A program made the position numbers and the translations under genes. From Eledone cirrhosa (taxonomy: Eukaryota), in the NCBI GenBank assembly GCA_964016885.1, contig OZ024759.1:26722001-26786000 (forward strand): a stretch of 64,000 nt of DNA, read 5' to 3'. The notes under the pieces are model-generated. The model saw only the letters and a program-made list of their open reading frames with translations. It searched no databases and was not told the origin of the DNA. Each line of letters starts with the position of its first letter. Positions within the stretch are counted from its first letter, which is position 1. Below are positions 1 to 55,435 of this stretch, piece by piece.

Positions 1-1867
1 AAGTCCCGCCAAGGTTGATAAAAGAAGTACCAATCTAGTATTGTGGTCGATTCTTCTTCTATATCTCTTTCTCACTTCCATCTTTCAATCTCTATCCTTC
101 TCTGGAAGAAATCTGTAGCATTCAGACCTGGAGAAGATTGGGCTCCGCCAGGTTTCAAAATGCCCTAGAAACACTGTATGTTAATACAGTGCCCCTGCAA
201 CTCCTTTGGGAGTTTTGGGGCTATGCATGCGTACATCTATGCCAAACACCATGGCACCCACTTTCATCGACTTTAATCAACTTTCCCCCTCTCCCTAAAT
301 TAGTTTCCTTGTTTCTAAATTAGAATTCATTGTAGAAATGATTTGTAGTTATGACTTGTTATGTTCTAAGTTCAAATCCCACCTATGACAACTTTACATG
401 TCCTTCCTTGGTTAGTAAAATTAAATACCAGTTATGTACTGGGGTCCATGTAATAGACATTACCTACTCCATGAAATGCTGATCTTGTGCCTCAAGTAGA
501 AATCATTATGTTATCAAAAGACAGTTGATTATCGGTAATCGGTAGTGCGTTGGACAACATGCTTTGTGGCAAAGATTAATGACCCTTTACATTCTGAGTT
601 CAAATCCTGCCAAGGATAGTTTTGCCTTTCATCCTTACAGAGTTGATAAAATAAAGTACCAGTAATGCACAGGGGTTGATTTAATCGACTTGCCCCTCCA
701 CTAAAATTGTTGACCTTGTGCCTAAATCATAATCCATTATTATGACCCTTAACATTCTGAGTTCAAACCTTGCTGAGCTTAGCTTTCCCTCCCATCCTTA
801 GGGGGTTGATAAAATAAAGTACCAGTAATGCACTGATGTTGATTTAATCAACTTGCCCCTCCCCACAAAAAAAAATTGACTTTGAATGTAAAAGGCCATA
901 ATAATGGATTATGATTTAGACACAGAGTTCAAATCCCATCAAGCTTAGCTTTTCTTCCCATCCTTATGGGTTCAATAAAACAAAGTACCAGTTAGGTATA
1001 GACTGGAGTTGGTATAACCCTTTAGCATTTACATTACTCTATATTTACTATTGTATTTTCGTGGTAATGGCTTTACCTCACATAATATTGAATCTATGAG
1101 ATTTTGATATTATTTATTTTGAGAACAATACGTTAACATCAGTATGAATGGCCGATTATGGAACAGTTTGATCAGAAAGAGGTGACAGAAATCTGGCCAG
1201 ATATGGCCAGTTTAAATGCTAAAGGGTGAATCAACTTTCCCCTCCTCCAAAATTGTTGACCTTGTGTCTAAATCAGAAACCATTTTTTTTTATCAATGGA
1301 GCACTGGCAAATATAATCCCAGTGGGGTTTGAATAGATCAAAGCAAATATATTTAATGAAAACAACAGGCTAGTTTATCTGGCTTCCTACAGATTCTGCT
1401 GTCAACTTCCCAAATTTTATTAACAAAACATAGAAATATTTTCAACAGAATTGCCATATGGAATAAAAATTGTTTACAGTAAATTTTGGTTGCTTGCGTC
1501 AGAAATTTGTATGGTGAAAATGTAGCTTTGTTGATGAATATATATATATATATATTGTATGTGTATCTATCTATCAATATATATATATTTATATATATAT
1601 AGTGTGTGTATATCTATCTATCTATCTATGAATAAATATATATTCATAGATACATAGATTTATATAGTGTTGTCAACATTGTTGTTTGGAATTATTCGTA
1701 AGCAAGACAATCCCCTGTAGCGATATATATATAGTCAGGAAGCATCAAGTGATTGATGAGCTGCGAGATGACTATTTATATACACATATGTGTGTATGTG
1801 TCCACGTTTTTGTCTGTCTAGGTTTGTGTGTGTGTGTGTTTGTCGTTTCAAAAATAATATTTATCTA

Positions 1868-41005
<39,138 letters not shown>

Positions 41006-42320
41006 ATCTTAAATATCTATTATTTCTTCAATTTTTTCCGTTCTTTTCACTTTATATATTCTATAAATATGTTTTATTTTGTTGTAAATGTTGTTATTGT
41101 TGTTGTTTCTTGGTTTGTTGTTGTTGTTTTTTTTTTGTTTTTTTTATTTTCTCTGTGTGGTTTGCAGTTGGTTAGATTTTCTGACGTTCTGTCTCTGCCG
41201 TTAAAAACCTGTCGATGAACGATTAAAGAAGGATGAAATATACTTAAAGATGAAATGATGTCAGGATACATTCTTTATAGAAACAAACCAAACAATGAAC
41301 TAAACACCTAGTAGTTAAATATCAGAAAAAATAGATGAAATTGAAAAATAAACGAAAACAAACCAAAACGTTTTTGTTTGTGACCCTTCAGCATTTACAT
41401 TACTCTATATAGACTATTGTATTTTTATGGTAAAGGAATTATCTCACATAACATGGAATTATTATTTATTTTGAGAACAACACCATAAAATTAGTATGAG
41501 TAGCCAGTTTCGGCCAGTTTGAACAGAAAAAGGTGAGAGAATTCTGGCTGGTTTAAATGCTAAAGGGTTAAGGGGAAAAGCAACTGATTTCAGGTAACAT
41601 TGTTAGTGGTCAGAGTTGGAAGGAAATTATAGATAGGGGTTAGGGTTTAGGTAAGGCTGGGATTTTTGTGGAATGAGGTGAAAAGGGCATCCCAAGATGA
41701 ACTGGCAGCAGGGAATTGACAGGGATCTGAAACCTGTCAACAAAAGTTGAAGTTGAAACAATGTATTGATAGATGCAACTGACCGTGAATCATTGGAGCA
41801 CTTTGGCTGCCTCATGTGTCTCAAGATGTGGGAGCTTCATAGTCTAAGTCACAGGCACACAGAGATGTACACACACACACATACATATTTATACATTTAC
41901 AGATACACACACTCACACACACATACAAACCACTTCTGACCACACAACTCTTACACTGTAAGGTTATGTTGGTATTACAAAAACATCCAGCACACACTGT
42001 AAGGTGGTTGTATAGGTGTCACAACAAAAAGCCCCCAGCCCACACTGCAAAGTGGTCGTGTAGGAGTCACGACAAAAAAGCACCCAGCCCACACTGTAAA
42101 TGTGGTTGGCATTAGAAAGGGCATCCAGCCATAGAAATCTAGCCAGAAACAGTCCTATATGAGCAAGACACGGTCACCTGACCTAACTTGCCTCTAATGG
42201 GAAAACCCATGCTAGCATGGAAAATGGACATTAAACAATGATGATGATGATACGGTAATTAGTAAAATACATACAATCCAGGTGGCAACACTACTTTCTT
42301 TCTCTTCTTTGTGGGTTTAC

Positions 42321-42370
42321 CTGAGCTTAGGAAACCTTGGAAAACATCATTCAGCAAACAACCCTAATTT
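42321..42370 (-). other. Candidate 5' UTR exon of the EVC2-like gene
   Basis: cttcttattgtctaag| ... CAG|GTAAAC in unique sequence upstream of the acceptor at 41061. Confidence 0.3.
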
Positions 42371-42822
42371 CTTAGACAATAAGAAGTGATTTTGGTAAGA
42401 TTTAGTTACTATTCTGAGAAAAGCAAGCCACCATATACAGATTTCTTTGTTTGCTCCTGGGGTGAGGGTCTTATGAATAACATTGATGGATCAAATACAT
42501 TTGGTTCTGTTGATTCAGTTTACAGAAATCTTCCTTGATGGTTTCCAACCAACACAACCTCGTCTTACCATGGTAATCAACAAAACTGTAACACAGAACA
42601 TAAACATATTGATCAATAAATATATAGACAGATAAATTAATGGACACTTCATGTTTTATACTAAACCACATTAATTATTCATTGAACTAAATAATTGCAG
42701 ATCTTTAAGACAACGCCTCTTATATAATATACACACAACATACATGTGTGTGTATATATATGTGTATGCATGTATATATATATATATACATGTACACATA
42801 CATATATATGTGTGTGTGTGTA

Positions 42823-42874
<52 letters not shown>

Positions 42875-42936
42875 TACATAATAATAATATGTACATCTCT
42901 ATATATATATATAGATGTACATATTATTATTATGTA

Positions 42937-42978
<42 letters not shown>

Positions 42979-43639
42979 ATTATCTATGTCTATATGATCA
43001 AGATGGAAGACATTAATGATATATCTATAAACTATATATTTATATAAGTGTATGAGTCCCGGGTTCAATCGGGGGTAACCACAGTAGGTAAGTTACTCAA
43101 TAGAGGCTTTCCTGATGATTTCCTTCGAATGAAACACTTCTAGTCCTGTAGTAACCATTTCTATATTAAATCTTACATATATAATCATCCTCATCATCAT
43201 TATTACAGAAAGGGTATCCAAAAAAATGTGTAGACATATTTATTTGAATACTGTTGAAGTGGGTATATATTTTTAGGGACACCCTGTGGATATATATATA
43301 AATATATATATGAGAGAGAGAGGGGCGCAGACGTTTAACAATGAGGATGATGATGATATATAAAACGTGTGTATGTATATATGTGTGTGTGTGTGTGCCT
43401 GTGTCATCATCTCCGTTTAGCGTCCATTATTGGATTGGCAGTATTGGTAGAGAGTGGGACACCATGCTTTCCCAGCATAGTTACATCCCTTTACAGTCTG
43501 AGTTCAAATCCCGCCAAGGTTAACTTTGCCTTTCATCCTTACAGGGTCGATAAAATAAAGTACCAGTAATGTACTGGGTAATTGCTGGTCTTGTGCCAAA
43601 AGTAGAAACAATTTATATATATATATGTATATATGTATG

Positions 43640-43672
<33 letters not shown>

Positions 43673-44287
43673 CAATACACACCCACATAAACACGTACAT
43701 GTGTGTAAGTGTTTTTAGAGACCATTAATTATCTTAATTTGAATGTAAATACCTCTAACGTACACCAAAACCACACCACAAACTTAAATAAACATAAACA
43801 ATACATATACAATTGACCTCATTCCCCTGACACAGATGGCCGAAGGAAGAGTTAAACAGCACACACTCTTCTAACTATGTCTCCCATCCAAAGGAATAAC
43901 TAGGGAAAATAGCGCCTATAGCAAGCAGTGAAATTGCGCCCTTGCTCAGCACTGTAGCTTTCTCTATGGGCCAAGGGGCCTTGTTTGCCTTAAAAATGCG
44001 AGGGGGATAAACCAACATTTGTTGATTCTTAAAGGAGCATAAATTGCTTATGCTGCCTTTCCTGGACCCTATTACATAAGTAAAATTTTATGCTAATTAA
44101 ATGTTATATATTCAAATGAAGTTCAGATATAAAAGAATAAGCTTAAAAAGAATTTATTATATCAAATAAACCAAAAATAAAATATAGAAGTTTGAAAAAG
44201 TGTGTGTGTGCGTGGGGGGGGGGTCCCCTGGTACCCCCCTGAAACAAGGCCCTTGTATGGGCCTAATAATATATATAAATGGTTTAA

Positions 44288-44429
44288 CCCTTTAGCATTT
44301 AAACCAGCCATATCTGGCCAGAATTCTTTCACCTCTTTCTGCTCAAAGCTGCTGTAACTGGCTGTTCATATTGATGTTAAGGTATTGTTCTCAAAATAAA
44401 TAATATAGAGTAATGTAAATGCTAAAGGG
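44288..44429. mobile_element. piggyBac-type MITE (others at 1018-1226, 16778-17168, 26607-26828, 32129-32598, 41384-41567, 46153-46367)
   Basis: TTAA|CCCTTTAGCATTTA...TAAATGCTAAAGGG|TTAA: terminal inverted repeats with TTAA target duplication. Confidence 0.85.
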
Positions 44430-47400
44430 TTAATGATCCAGCCACCATAGTGTTTGCACCTATGATAATCAGAGACAGATCATACATCTGAAGGAGTTTC
44501 TTTTTTCACTCTCTAACAAGGTTTATTTGACTTTAATAGAACATGCTCCTACTCCAAGTGGCGCCCCTTTCATGTGGTGCTCATGGCATGTGCCATGTTT
44601 GCCACATCTTAGTTACACCTCTGCCCCCATCCCCTGGTAAAATAACCACTGACCTGTACCAATTACTGGTATAGAGGATTACAGATGTAATTGCTGTTCT
44701 ATGAATATTGATTCCATAATTAATCAGCTTTTTTGTGGGCAATTCTGTATATTATAGATATGTTGTCCATTAATGTCTTTGTTCTGTCTAGTGTTGTTCT
44801 GTGGTAAGATATATTACATTTGACCAAAATTAGTATTGTGGTAAGATATATTACATTAGGCCAATATAGGAAAAATATATCTTAACAATTATATGGAAGA
44901 TTAATCCTACTAAAATTATAGACAACCCCAATATTGGAAAAACACTATCACAATAAATATATGGAAGTCCACACCTAACAAAATTATAGAACACTAGAAA
45001 ATATGTATTACATTAACCAAATAATTACTGTTATAGATTAACACATTATTGCAAATCTCGTAAAAGCAAACAGACAATGCATTAAGTGGAAAGAAAGAAA
45101 TATACCATAAAAACACTGAAATGAAAAACCTTTAATCAATAACAAGTTACAAGTATATAAATCTGAGAATGACTAGATACTAATGTCTTCTTCTCCTCCT
45201 CCTCCTTCCTGGGAGGGTTGTGGGAGTAGAGTCATCAAACACTCCTCCTTCCAGCTCTCCTGTCAGAAGCAACTGTTTCCAACTGATCCAACTGGATCCT
45301 CAAGTGAGACCAGCCAAGCTCGTGGATGTTATCCAACCAACTTGCTCAGAGTCTACCCCTGGGTCTCTTGCCGGCTGGCTTTGTCAGTAAAATCTGTCCG
45401 AGTCTTTCTTGGGACATTCTAACCACATGCCTATAGTATCGGACCTGTGATCTCTCAATTCGGAAAAGCAGCGGCTCTACCTGGAATGACTCTCTGATCT
45501 CCGAACTGAAGGAGGATTTGCATCAAAACATAATTGTTTCTACTTAAGGCACAAGGCCAGCAATTACCCAGTGTATTACTGGTATTTTATTTTATCGACC
45601 CCGTAAGGATGAAAGGCAAAGTTGACCTCGGCGGGATTTGAACTCAGAATGGAAAGGGCCATAATTCTATGCGTCAAAGCATGACGTCCGACCCTCTACT
45701 GATACTGCCAATCCACCACATACAAAGAAATAATGAGAAGTTGTAGCATTCATTACCTTCCTTATAAGCATTAGAGCTAATAGCGGTGTATTGTTGTACT
45801 ATTATAGAAGAGTCAGGGTAATGACTTGGCAGAATCGATAGAGCGTCAGACAACGTGCTTTGCCACATAGTTACGTGGTTTGCCACATAGTTACGGCCTT
45901 TTATGTTCTAAGGTCAAATCGTGCCGAGGTTAAGTTTTCTTTTCATCCATGAGGGTGTTGATAAAATAAAGTACCAGTAATGCACTGGGGTTTATCCAAC
46001 CATCAGACCATTGTATCATCACTGACACTGATCATTAATGATTGTGCTTCTCATTAATCATAATTTTAACGAGGTCATCGTTAAAAGTGTAATCTCATTA
46101 ATGCTTGAGTGAGTCGAAGTCATCATTAAAAGTGTAATGGGATGGTTATTAATCCATTAGCATTTAAACCGGCTGTATCTGGCCAGAATTCTCTCACCTC
46201 TTTCTGTTCAAACTGGCTGTAACTGACTGCTCATACTGATGTTAAGGTATTGTTCTCAAAATAAATATCAAATTCTCATAGATTTGATATTACATGAGAT
46301 AATTATGTGAGGTAAACTCTTTAATGTGAAAATATAGTAAATATGGAGTAATGTAAATGCTAAAGGGTTAATTGATTCTGTTCGGAATACCAACTACATG
46401 ACATAACTTACCAAGCATCCTATATGGTACTGAGGGGAGGCTACAGTATGGTCAGTGTCTGTGCTGGCCTGGTCTGATCTGTGCTTTTAAAACCTGTTTA
46501 ATATTTATTGAAACAAGTTGAGGCAAGTTTTATAAAAGAGAATATTAACTGCTGTTGAGATGAAATCAAAATTAATCAGGTTAACCACTTTTGTATTGAT
46601 TAGATAATTAAGGGAACAACTTGTACAGACAATAGCTTTACGTTGTTGTTGTTGTTATGTGATTAGCGATAATTGGTAGAGCGTCAGAGAACATGTTCTG
46701 TGGCATATAGTGACAGCCTTTTACGTTCTAAGTTGAAATCCCACCAAGGTTAGCTTTGTCTTTGGGGTCGATAAAATAAAGTACCAGTAATGCACTAGGA
46801 TTGATTTAATCAACTTTCCCCTTCACTAAAATTGCTGGCCTTGTGCCTAAATCAGAAATCATTATTATTGTGGATAGCAATAATTGGTAGAGCGTCAGAA
46901 ACATGATCTGTGGCATATAGTTAGAGCCTTTTAAGTTCTAAGTTCAAAGTTATGCTTTGACACATAGAGTTACGGCCCTTGCTATTCTGAGTTCAAATCC
47001 CGCCGAGGTTAACTTTGCCTTTCATCCTTACAGAGTCGATAAAATAAAGTACCAGTAATACACTGGGTAATTGCTGGCCTTGTGCCTAACGTAGAAACAA
47101 TTATTTCTACTATTGTAAATTGGCAGCATCGGTAGAAAATACTTTACTGTATATAGCTACGTTCTTTTACATTCTAGGTTCAAATCACACCATGGTTAGC
47201 TTAGCTTGTCATCCTTACAGGGTTGATAAAATAAAGTACCAGTAATGCACTGGGTTGATTTAATCGACTTTCCCTTCCCACAAAATTGTTATCCTTGTGC
47301 ATAAATAAGAATCTTTTCTCTATGTATTAGGTCGTCAAGTATGAAATTTGTAAAAAAAAATTCACAAACTTTGTTTTTTCTACAAATTTCATGCTTGACG

Positions 47401-47648
47401 ACCCAATATATATTTATCGGTGGAGAGAAGGTAGAGGTGTGGGTGTGGAAAAGGATTAATGGAGGGGTAGGGGTGAGGATTAAAGACTTGTGTCCTATCT
47501 CAGCCATTATTGTTTCTTCTATATGTAAACACAACGTGAATTTACAGGAACAGGAAAGGAATACATCTCTCTCTCTCTCTCCCTCCCTCCCTCTCTCTCT
47601 CCTTCTCTCTCCCTCCCTCCCTCCCTCTCTCTCTCCTCTCTCCCTCCA

Positions 47649-47714
<66 letters not shown>

Positions 47715-49162
47715 CATGCACACACACATGTACATATATATATATATGTGTGTGTATATATACATATATGTATTTACATATATATGTGTGTGTGTATATA
47801 TACACACTTACATATCATATATATACATAGCCATATAATGTTCACACCACCCTTTGTAAACATTCCATGTAAACTAATGGCTGCCACCATATTATTAGAG
47901 TTCTAGTTACTGTTGTAGTAGTGGCTGCTGTTGTTGCTGTGGTTGTTGTTGTTGTTGTTGTAGTTGGTGGTGGTGGTGGTATTGCGGAATCTAGTTAATG
48001 TTATTTATTATTATAGGAGATTGGCAGTATCGGTAGAGGGTCGGACGCCATGCTTTACAGCATAGAGTTACAGCCCTTTAAGATCTGAGTTCAAATCCCG
48101 CCGAGGTTAACTTAGCCTTTCATCCTTACGGGGTCGATAAAATAAAGTACCAGTCATGCACTGGGGTCGATATAATCAACTTTCCCCTCCCCCAAAATTG
48201 CTGACCTTGTGTCTATAGTAGAAACCATTGTATAGTTGGTCTTGATACTAATCATGTTGTTGTTGTTGTTGTTGTTATGGTAGTTATTGATCAAGATGTT
48301 GATGATGTTGTTGATAATTTCCTGTTTTCATCGTTATATCTCTGTAAAGTGGTTGTGTAGGAGTCACAACAAAAAGCGCCCAGTCCATACTGTAAAGTGA
48401 TTGTGTCAGCCCACACTATAAATGTGGTTGGCATTAGAAAGGGCATCCAGCTGTGGAAACCAAATCAAAATCAGCTCTGTGTGAATGAAACCCTGTCCTT
48501 CAGCCTGATCTCTCCCAAAGGGACAGCCTATCCTACCCATGCTGGCGTGGAAAATGGACATATTTACATATATGTATGTATATACTTATAATAAATACTT
48601 GCTCTATGGGTTTTTATATATAGGATCAACAAGTGGAGAAAGCTCGTCGCCCAATGTTCCACAAGGGACTGGAGGAACTAAGACTAAGAAAGATATATAT
48701 ATATATATCATCATCATCACTGTAAATGTGGTTGGTGTTAGGAAGGGCATCCAACTGTAGAAAACCTGCCAGACAGTCCTATGCGAGCAAGACAATCACT
48801 CTTGCCTCAAGTGGGAAAACCCCCGTCCAAACCCATGCAAGCGTGGAACACGGACGTTAAACGTTGATGATGATGATGATATATAGATAGGTAGATATAG
48901 ATATATATAAGCGAGACTCGGTCACCCGACCAATCTTGCCTCAAGTGGGACAATTCCGTCTAACCCATGCTAGCGTGGAAGATGGATGTTAAACGATGAT
49001 GATGATATATATAAACATACACATTCTCCTTTTCGATTGACTTTCGTCAAATCGGACTGAGGAAACAATGTTTCTGTTGGTCTTTTCAATTGCTAATACT
49101 ATCTATCGGTCGCAACTCCAGGTAGAAGGAGCAACGTGAAATAAAGTGTCTTGCTCAATACT

Positions 49163-49204
<42 letters not shown>

Positions 49205-49205
<1 letters not shown>

Positions 49206-49525
49206 CTTCCATGAGACCAAGTGAGCAACGAGGAAGTGATGAGGAGGTCAGGATTGGAGAGGTTAAGGAGATGGCAGTTCGCGGGCCACATCCTTCGTTT
49301 GCCAGCAGATCGACCTGCTCATATTGCCATGGATTGGGTACCAGAGGGTGGCAGGAGAGAACGGGGAAGACCACGAAAAACATGGCGGAGCACATTCAGG
49401 GAGGACCTGCGGGAGATGGGAATTACCTGGAGAGGTGCTAGAAGGGCCGCCAGTGACAGGATCAAGTGGAGAAAGCTCGTCGCCCAATGTTCCACAAGGG
49501 ACTGGAGGAACTAAGACTAAGAAAG
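49205..49525 (+). mobile_element. RTE-type LINE 3' fragment (tail also at 48623-48692; related degraded pieces at 17830-18165 +, 45200-45510 -, 50360-50613 -)
   Basis: RRWQFAGHILR...RGRPRKTWR. Confidence 0.8.
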
Positions 49526-52500
49526 ATATATATATATATATCATCATCATCATCATCATCATCATCACCGTTTCCCATCCGTTCTTCCATGCTAGCATGG
49601 GTTAGACGGGTTGTCCTGTTGTAGACAGTGTCGGCTGACCTTGTCTTGCTCATACAGGAACTGATTCTGGTTTGATTCCTACAGATGGATGCCCTTTCTA
49701 ACACCAACCTCATTTACAGTAAGTGCTGGGTGCTTTTTTTGCCGTGGCACCTCCACGACCACTTTGCAGTAGGAGGGGGGTGGGGGCATATTGTCTATAT
49801 GCTTCAGCTTCGGCTTGTACCCGTGGGAAGTCGGATCTTCTGTATTACTGTGTGACGCCAGATGTCACGGTCCTGTGTCATCGCCTTTGAGAGGTGCAAT
49901 TGGGAATATATATAAATAGAGAGAGACAGAGAGACTGATATATGAAGAGATAGATATACATATATTTATATATATATATATATAAGTAGAAGGCATATTT
50001 AATTTGTTGGAAGTCCGACAAATATAAATGTTTATAACTGATTTAGAGCACTCAACAGATTAGTGGAGTAAATATTCAATTATATTAAATAAATGGAAAC
50101 TATATTTATAAAACCATATTTTTTAATATCCAACTGATACGGTAAAATTTTCATGGGTATGTCTCTATTTATAAAACAAACTTTGTATTTTATCTGATGA
50201 AAGCGTACCAATGTGTCTTGGTACCCTTGAAATATATATAATTGTTTCTACTTTTGGCACAAGGCCAGCAAATACCCAGTGCATTACTGGTACTTTATTT
50301 TATTGACCCCATAAGGATGAAAGGCAAATAAAATAATATAATTGTATATATCTATCTATCTAAGGCAGGTAAAATTCCCGAGATCCATGGACGAGTTCTC
50401 TCCAGCGGTCTCTGTCCCTCATTATCGCTGCCATATCCTGCATCTCCAACAGACCAGTGTCTGTCCTTAGGGCATCAACATATGTTAACCTTGGTCTTCC
50501 TCTTCTAGTGTGTCCATGTAGGGGCTCCCAAAGGAGCACTGAGTGCAATGTCAACTCTGGATGTCGGTGAGCATGTCCAGCCAACCTCAGTCTCCTCTGT
50601 GTCACTTTTGAGCTGTATATATATTGTATATATTGTATATATATATATATAATTATACACAAATTATACACACACACATCATCAAAGTGTGTATGTTTCC
50701 AAACACCCACACATCATGTTCACATGGATGTATGTATGAACATATTATACATCAAATATTAAAACCTTTAATGTAATTAGATCAATAAAGTTAATGTGGC
50801 TCCATATATGGTAAACACTGAGAAATATCCAAGGAATATTGGACACAAATGTCACTTCGATTATATTTGGTGATTGTTATTGAATTTAAACATTTTCACT
50901 TTGAATTTAATTTTGATATAAATATCGTCATTTCAAAATGTTATTTTCAAGTAATGGATTCATGAATATATGTATATGTATGTGTATGTATATGTGTGTA
51001 TGTATATATATATGTATGTATATGTGTGTATATATATATATATGTGTGTGTATGTATGTATGTGTGTATGTATGTATATATATATATGTATGTATATGTG
51101 TGTATGTGTGTATGTGTGTATGTATGTGTGTATGTATGTATATATATATGTATGTATATGTGTGTATGTATGTATATATATATGTATGTATGTGTGTGTA
51201 TGTGTATATATATATATGTGTGTGTATGTGTATATATATATATATGTGTGTATGTATATATATATGTGTGTATGTATATGTATATATATATATATATATG
51301 TGTATGTGTGTGTATGTATATATATGTGTATGTATATACCGTCTAACCCATGCTAACGTGGAAAATGGACGTTAACGAAGATGATGATGATGATATATAG
51401 ATATATATATATATATGTATGTGCATGTATATATGTATGTGTATATATTATATGTATGTGCATGTATATATGTATGTGTATATATTATATGTATGTATTG
51501 TATATATATATATAGGTATGTATATGTGTATATATATACATGTGTAAGTGTATGTGTGTGTATATATATACATATATATGTGTAAGTGTATGTATATATA
51601 TCTACATATATATGTATACATATGTATATATGTATATGTATATATATATATGTAGGTATGTATATGTGTATTTATTTATATATATATTTCTATATATAAT
51701 TATATATATATATGTGTATGAATATATATATGTAGGTATGTATATGTGTATTTATTTATATATATAATTATATATGTAAATGTGTGTGTGTATGTATCAT
51801 CATCATCATCGTTTAACGTCTATCTTCCATGCTAGCATGCATATATAAATGTATATATGTATATATATGTATATATGTGTGTGTGTGAATCTGGGGTCAA
51901 TCGGGGGTAACCACAGTAAGGTACTCAATACATTAGTAGAGTGTATACAAGAAATTTAATATAGAAATGGCTTCTAGAGGACTAGAACTGTTTTATGATT
52001 TGCTTCAAATGAAACAGTTCTAGTCCTGTAGATGCCATTTCTATATTATATATACATACACATATATATATGAGATATATATATTGATATATATATATAT
52101 ATATATATATTGATATATATATATATATTGATATATATTTATATATATATATTGATATATATTTATATATATATATTGATATATATTTATATATATATTG
52201 ATATATATTGATATATATATATATATTGATATATATATATATATCGATATATATACGCAGTGATCAAGCACTATTGATATATATATATTGATACACACAC
52301 ACACATACACATATACACACACTGTTCTGCTTTCCAAGCATACATATATAAATATACATATATATAATACAACTTACCAAATTACTCTTACATTGATACG
52401 TATATATATATATATATATATATACACATACATATATATATACACATATATACACATCAATATCCTTGGATGTGTTCCTAGTATAACATGCACAAAGTTT

Positions 52501-52554
52501 GTTTTATTGTGATGTGGGAAGTCCTATTCTCTGCTTACCTGTCTGTACCTAAAT

Positions 52555-53442
52555 GAGTGTATGTGTGTATATGTATATATGTGTGTATGTATGTATGTGT
52601 GTGGGTGTGTATGTTTGCATGTATGTATGTATGTATTTGTGTGGGTGTGTATATATGTATGTATGTGTATGGGTGTGTATGTTTGCATGTATGTAATTAT
52701 TTATGTGTGTGTGGGTGTGTGTATATATGTGTGTGGGTGTGTATGTTTGCATGTATGTATGTATTTGTGTGTGTGGGTGTGTATATATGTATGTATGTGT
52801 GTGGGTGTGTATGTTTGCATGTATGTATGTATTTATGTGTGTGTGGGTGTGTATATATGTATGTATGTCTGTAGATGTGTATGTTTGCATGTATGTATGT
52901 ATGTATTTGTGTGTGTGTGGGCGTGTATATATGTATGTATGTGTGTGGGTGTGTATGTTTGCATGTATGTAATTATTCATGTGTGTGGGTGTGTGTATAT
53001 ATGTGTGTGGGTGTGTATGTTTGCATGTATGTATGTATTTGTGTGTGTGGGTGTGTATATATGTGTGTGGGTGTGTATGTTTGCATGTATGTATGTATGT
53101 ATTTATGTGTGTGTGGGTGTGTATATATGTATGTATGTGTGGGTGTGTGTGTTTGCATGTATGTATTTGTGTGTGTGGGTGTGTATATATGTATGTATGT
53201 CTGTAGATGTGTATGTTTGCATGTATGTATGTATTTATGTGTGTGTGGGTGTGTATGTATGTGTGTGTGTGTGTGTGGGTGTGTATATATGTATGTGTGT
53301 ATGTATGTGTGTATGTATGTATTTATGTATGTGAGTGCGTGTGTATGTATGCATATAAGCACACACACACTCTCGCACGCACACACACATTCATCGAAAT
53401 ATACATACATACATAAACCCATATACACAAACTTACACATAC

Positions 53443-53483
<41 letters not shown>

Positions 53484-54905
53484 AGTGTGTGAGCATGTGC
53501 GTACATATTCTTGTATGTATACATATATTTATGTCTTCATGTGTTTCTGTGTTCATATGTGTCATCATCATCATCATCATCATCAGGTTTAGCGTCCGTG
53601 TTCCACACTTGCATGGGTTTGGACGGGGGTTTTCCCACTTGAGGCAAGAGTGGTTGTCTTGCTCGCATAGGACTGTCTGGCGGGTTTTCTACAGTTGGAT
53701 GCCCTTCCTAACACCAACCACATTTACAGTGTGGGGCTGGGAGGTTTTTACCGTGTTGCCTACACGGCCACATTACAGCGTGGACTGTCTGGCGGGTTTT
53801 CTACAGCTGGATGCCCTTCCTAACACCAACCACATTTACAGTGTGGGGCTGGGAGGTTTTTACCGTGTTGCCTACACGGCCACATTTACAGCGTGGACTG
53901 TGTGTTTTTTTTATATATATAGTAATGTGTATATATGTAGGTATGTGTGTATATGTATATATAGTAATGTGTATGTATGTAGTTATGCGTGTGTATGTAT
54001 ATATAGTATGTATATATGTAGTTATGTGTGTATGTGTATATATGTAGTTATGTGTGTATATGTATATATAGTAATGTGTATATATATATAGTAATGTGTA
54101 TATATGTAGGTATGTGTGTATATGTATATATAGTAATGTGTATGTATGTAGTTATGTGTGTGTATGTATATATAGTATGTATATATGTAGTTATGTGTGT
54201 ATGTGTATATATGTAGTTATGTGTGTATATGTATATATAGTAATGTGTATATATATATATATAGTAATGTGTATATATGTAGTTATGTGTGTATATGTAT
54301 ATATGTAGTTATGTGTGTATATGTATATATGTAGTTATGTGTGTATATGTATATATAGTAATGTGTATATATATAGTAATGTGTATATATGTAGTAATGT
54401 GTATATATGTAGTTATGTGTGTATATGTATATATAGTAATGTGTATATATATATAGTAATGTGTATATATGTAGTTATGTACGTATATGTATATATAGTA
54501 ATGTGTATATATGTAATGTGTGTCTATGTATATATAGTAATGTGTATATATGTAGTTATGTGTGTATATGTATATATGTAGTTATGTGTATATATGTAGG
54601 TATGTGTGTATATGTATATATATAGTAATGTGTATATATGTAATGTGTGTCTATGTATATATAGTAATGTGTATATATGTAGTTATGTGTGTATATGTAT
54701 ATATATAGTATGTATATATGTAGTTATGTGTGTATATGTATATATATAGTATGTATATATGTAGTTATGTGTGTATATGTATATATATAGTATGTATATA
54801 TGTAGTTATGTGTGTATATGTATATATATAGTATGTATATATGTAGTTATGTGTGTATATGTATATATATAGTATGTATATATGTAGTTATGTGTGTATA
54901 TGTAT
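52555..54905. repeat. TG/TA-rich minisatellites (52555-53335, 53912-54905) flanking an internally duplicated RTE-tail repeat
   Basis: Directly visible. Confidence 0.9.
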
Positions 54906-54982
54906 GTGTCCATCAACTTACTGACCATGTCAGATTCATTAATAATGTTTCCATAACAGCATTACACCTCAGAATTATTATT

Positions 54983-55435
54983 AGTTGTTGTTGTTGCTGT
55001 TGTTGTTGTCGTTGTTGTTGGTGGTGGTGGTGGTGGTGGTGGTGGTGGTGGTGGTGGTGGTGGTAAGCGTGTTGGTAGTGGTGGTGATGGTGGTAATCGT
55101 GTTGGTAGTGGTGGTGGTGATGGTGGTAATCATGTTGGTAGTGGTGGTGGTAGTGTTGGTATTGATGTTGGTGATGGTGGTGTTGTTAGCAGTGATAATT
55201 ATGGTGGTGGTGTTGGTGGTGGCCATGGTAATCGTGTTGTTGTTGGTGGTGGTGGTAATGATGGTGGTAGTGTTGGTATTATTGTTGGTGATGATGGTGT
55301 CGGAGGCAGTGATAATGGTGGCTGTGATCATGGTTAATGATGTTGGTGGTGGTGGTGGTATTGATGGTTGTAGTGTTGGTATTGTTGATGGTGATGGTAA
55401 TGATGGTGGTGTTGGAAGTAGTGGTAATTGTAGTG
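54983..55435. repeat. Degenerate (GGT/GTT/GAT)n trinucleotide tract
   Basis: Directly visible. Confidence 0.9.
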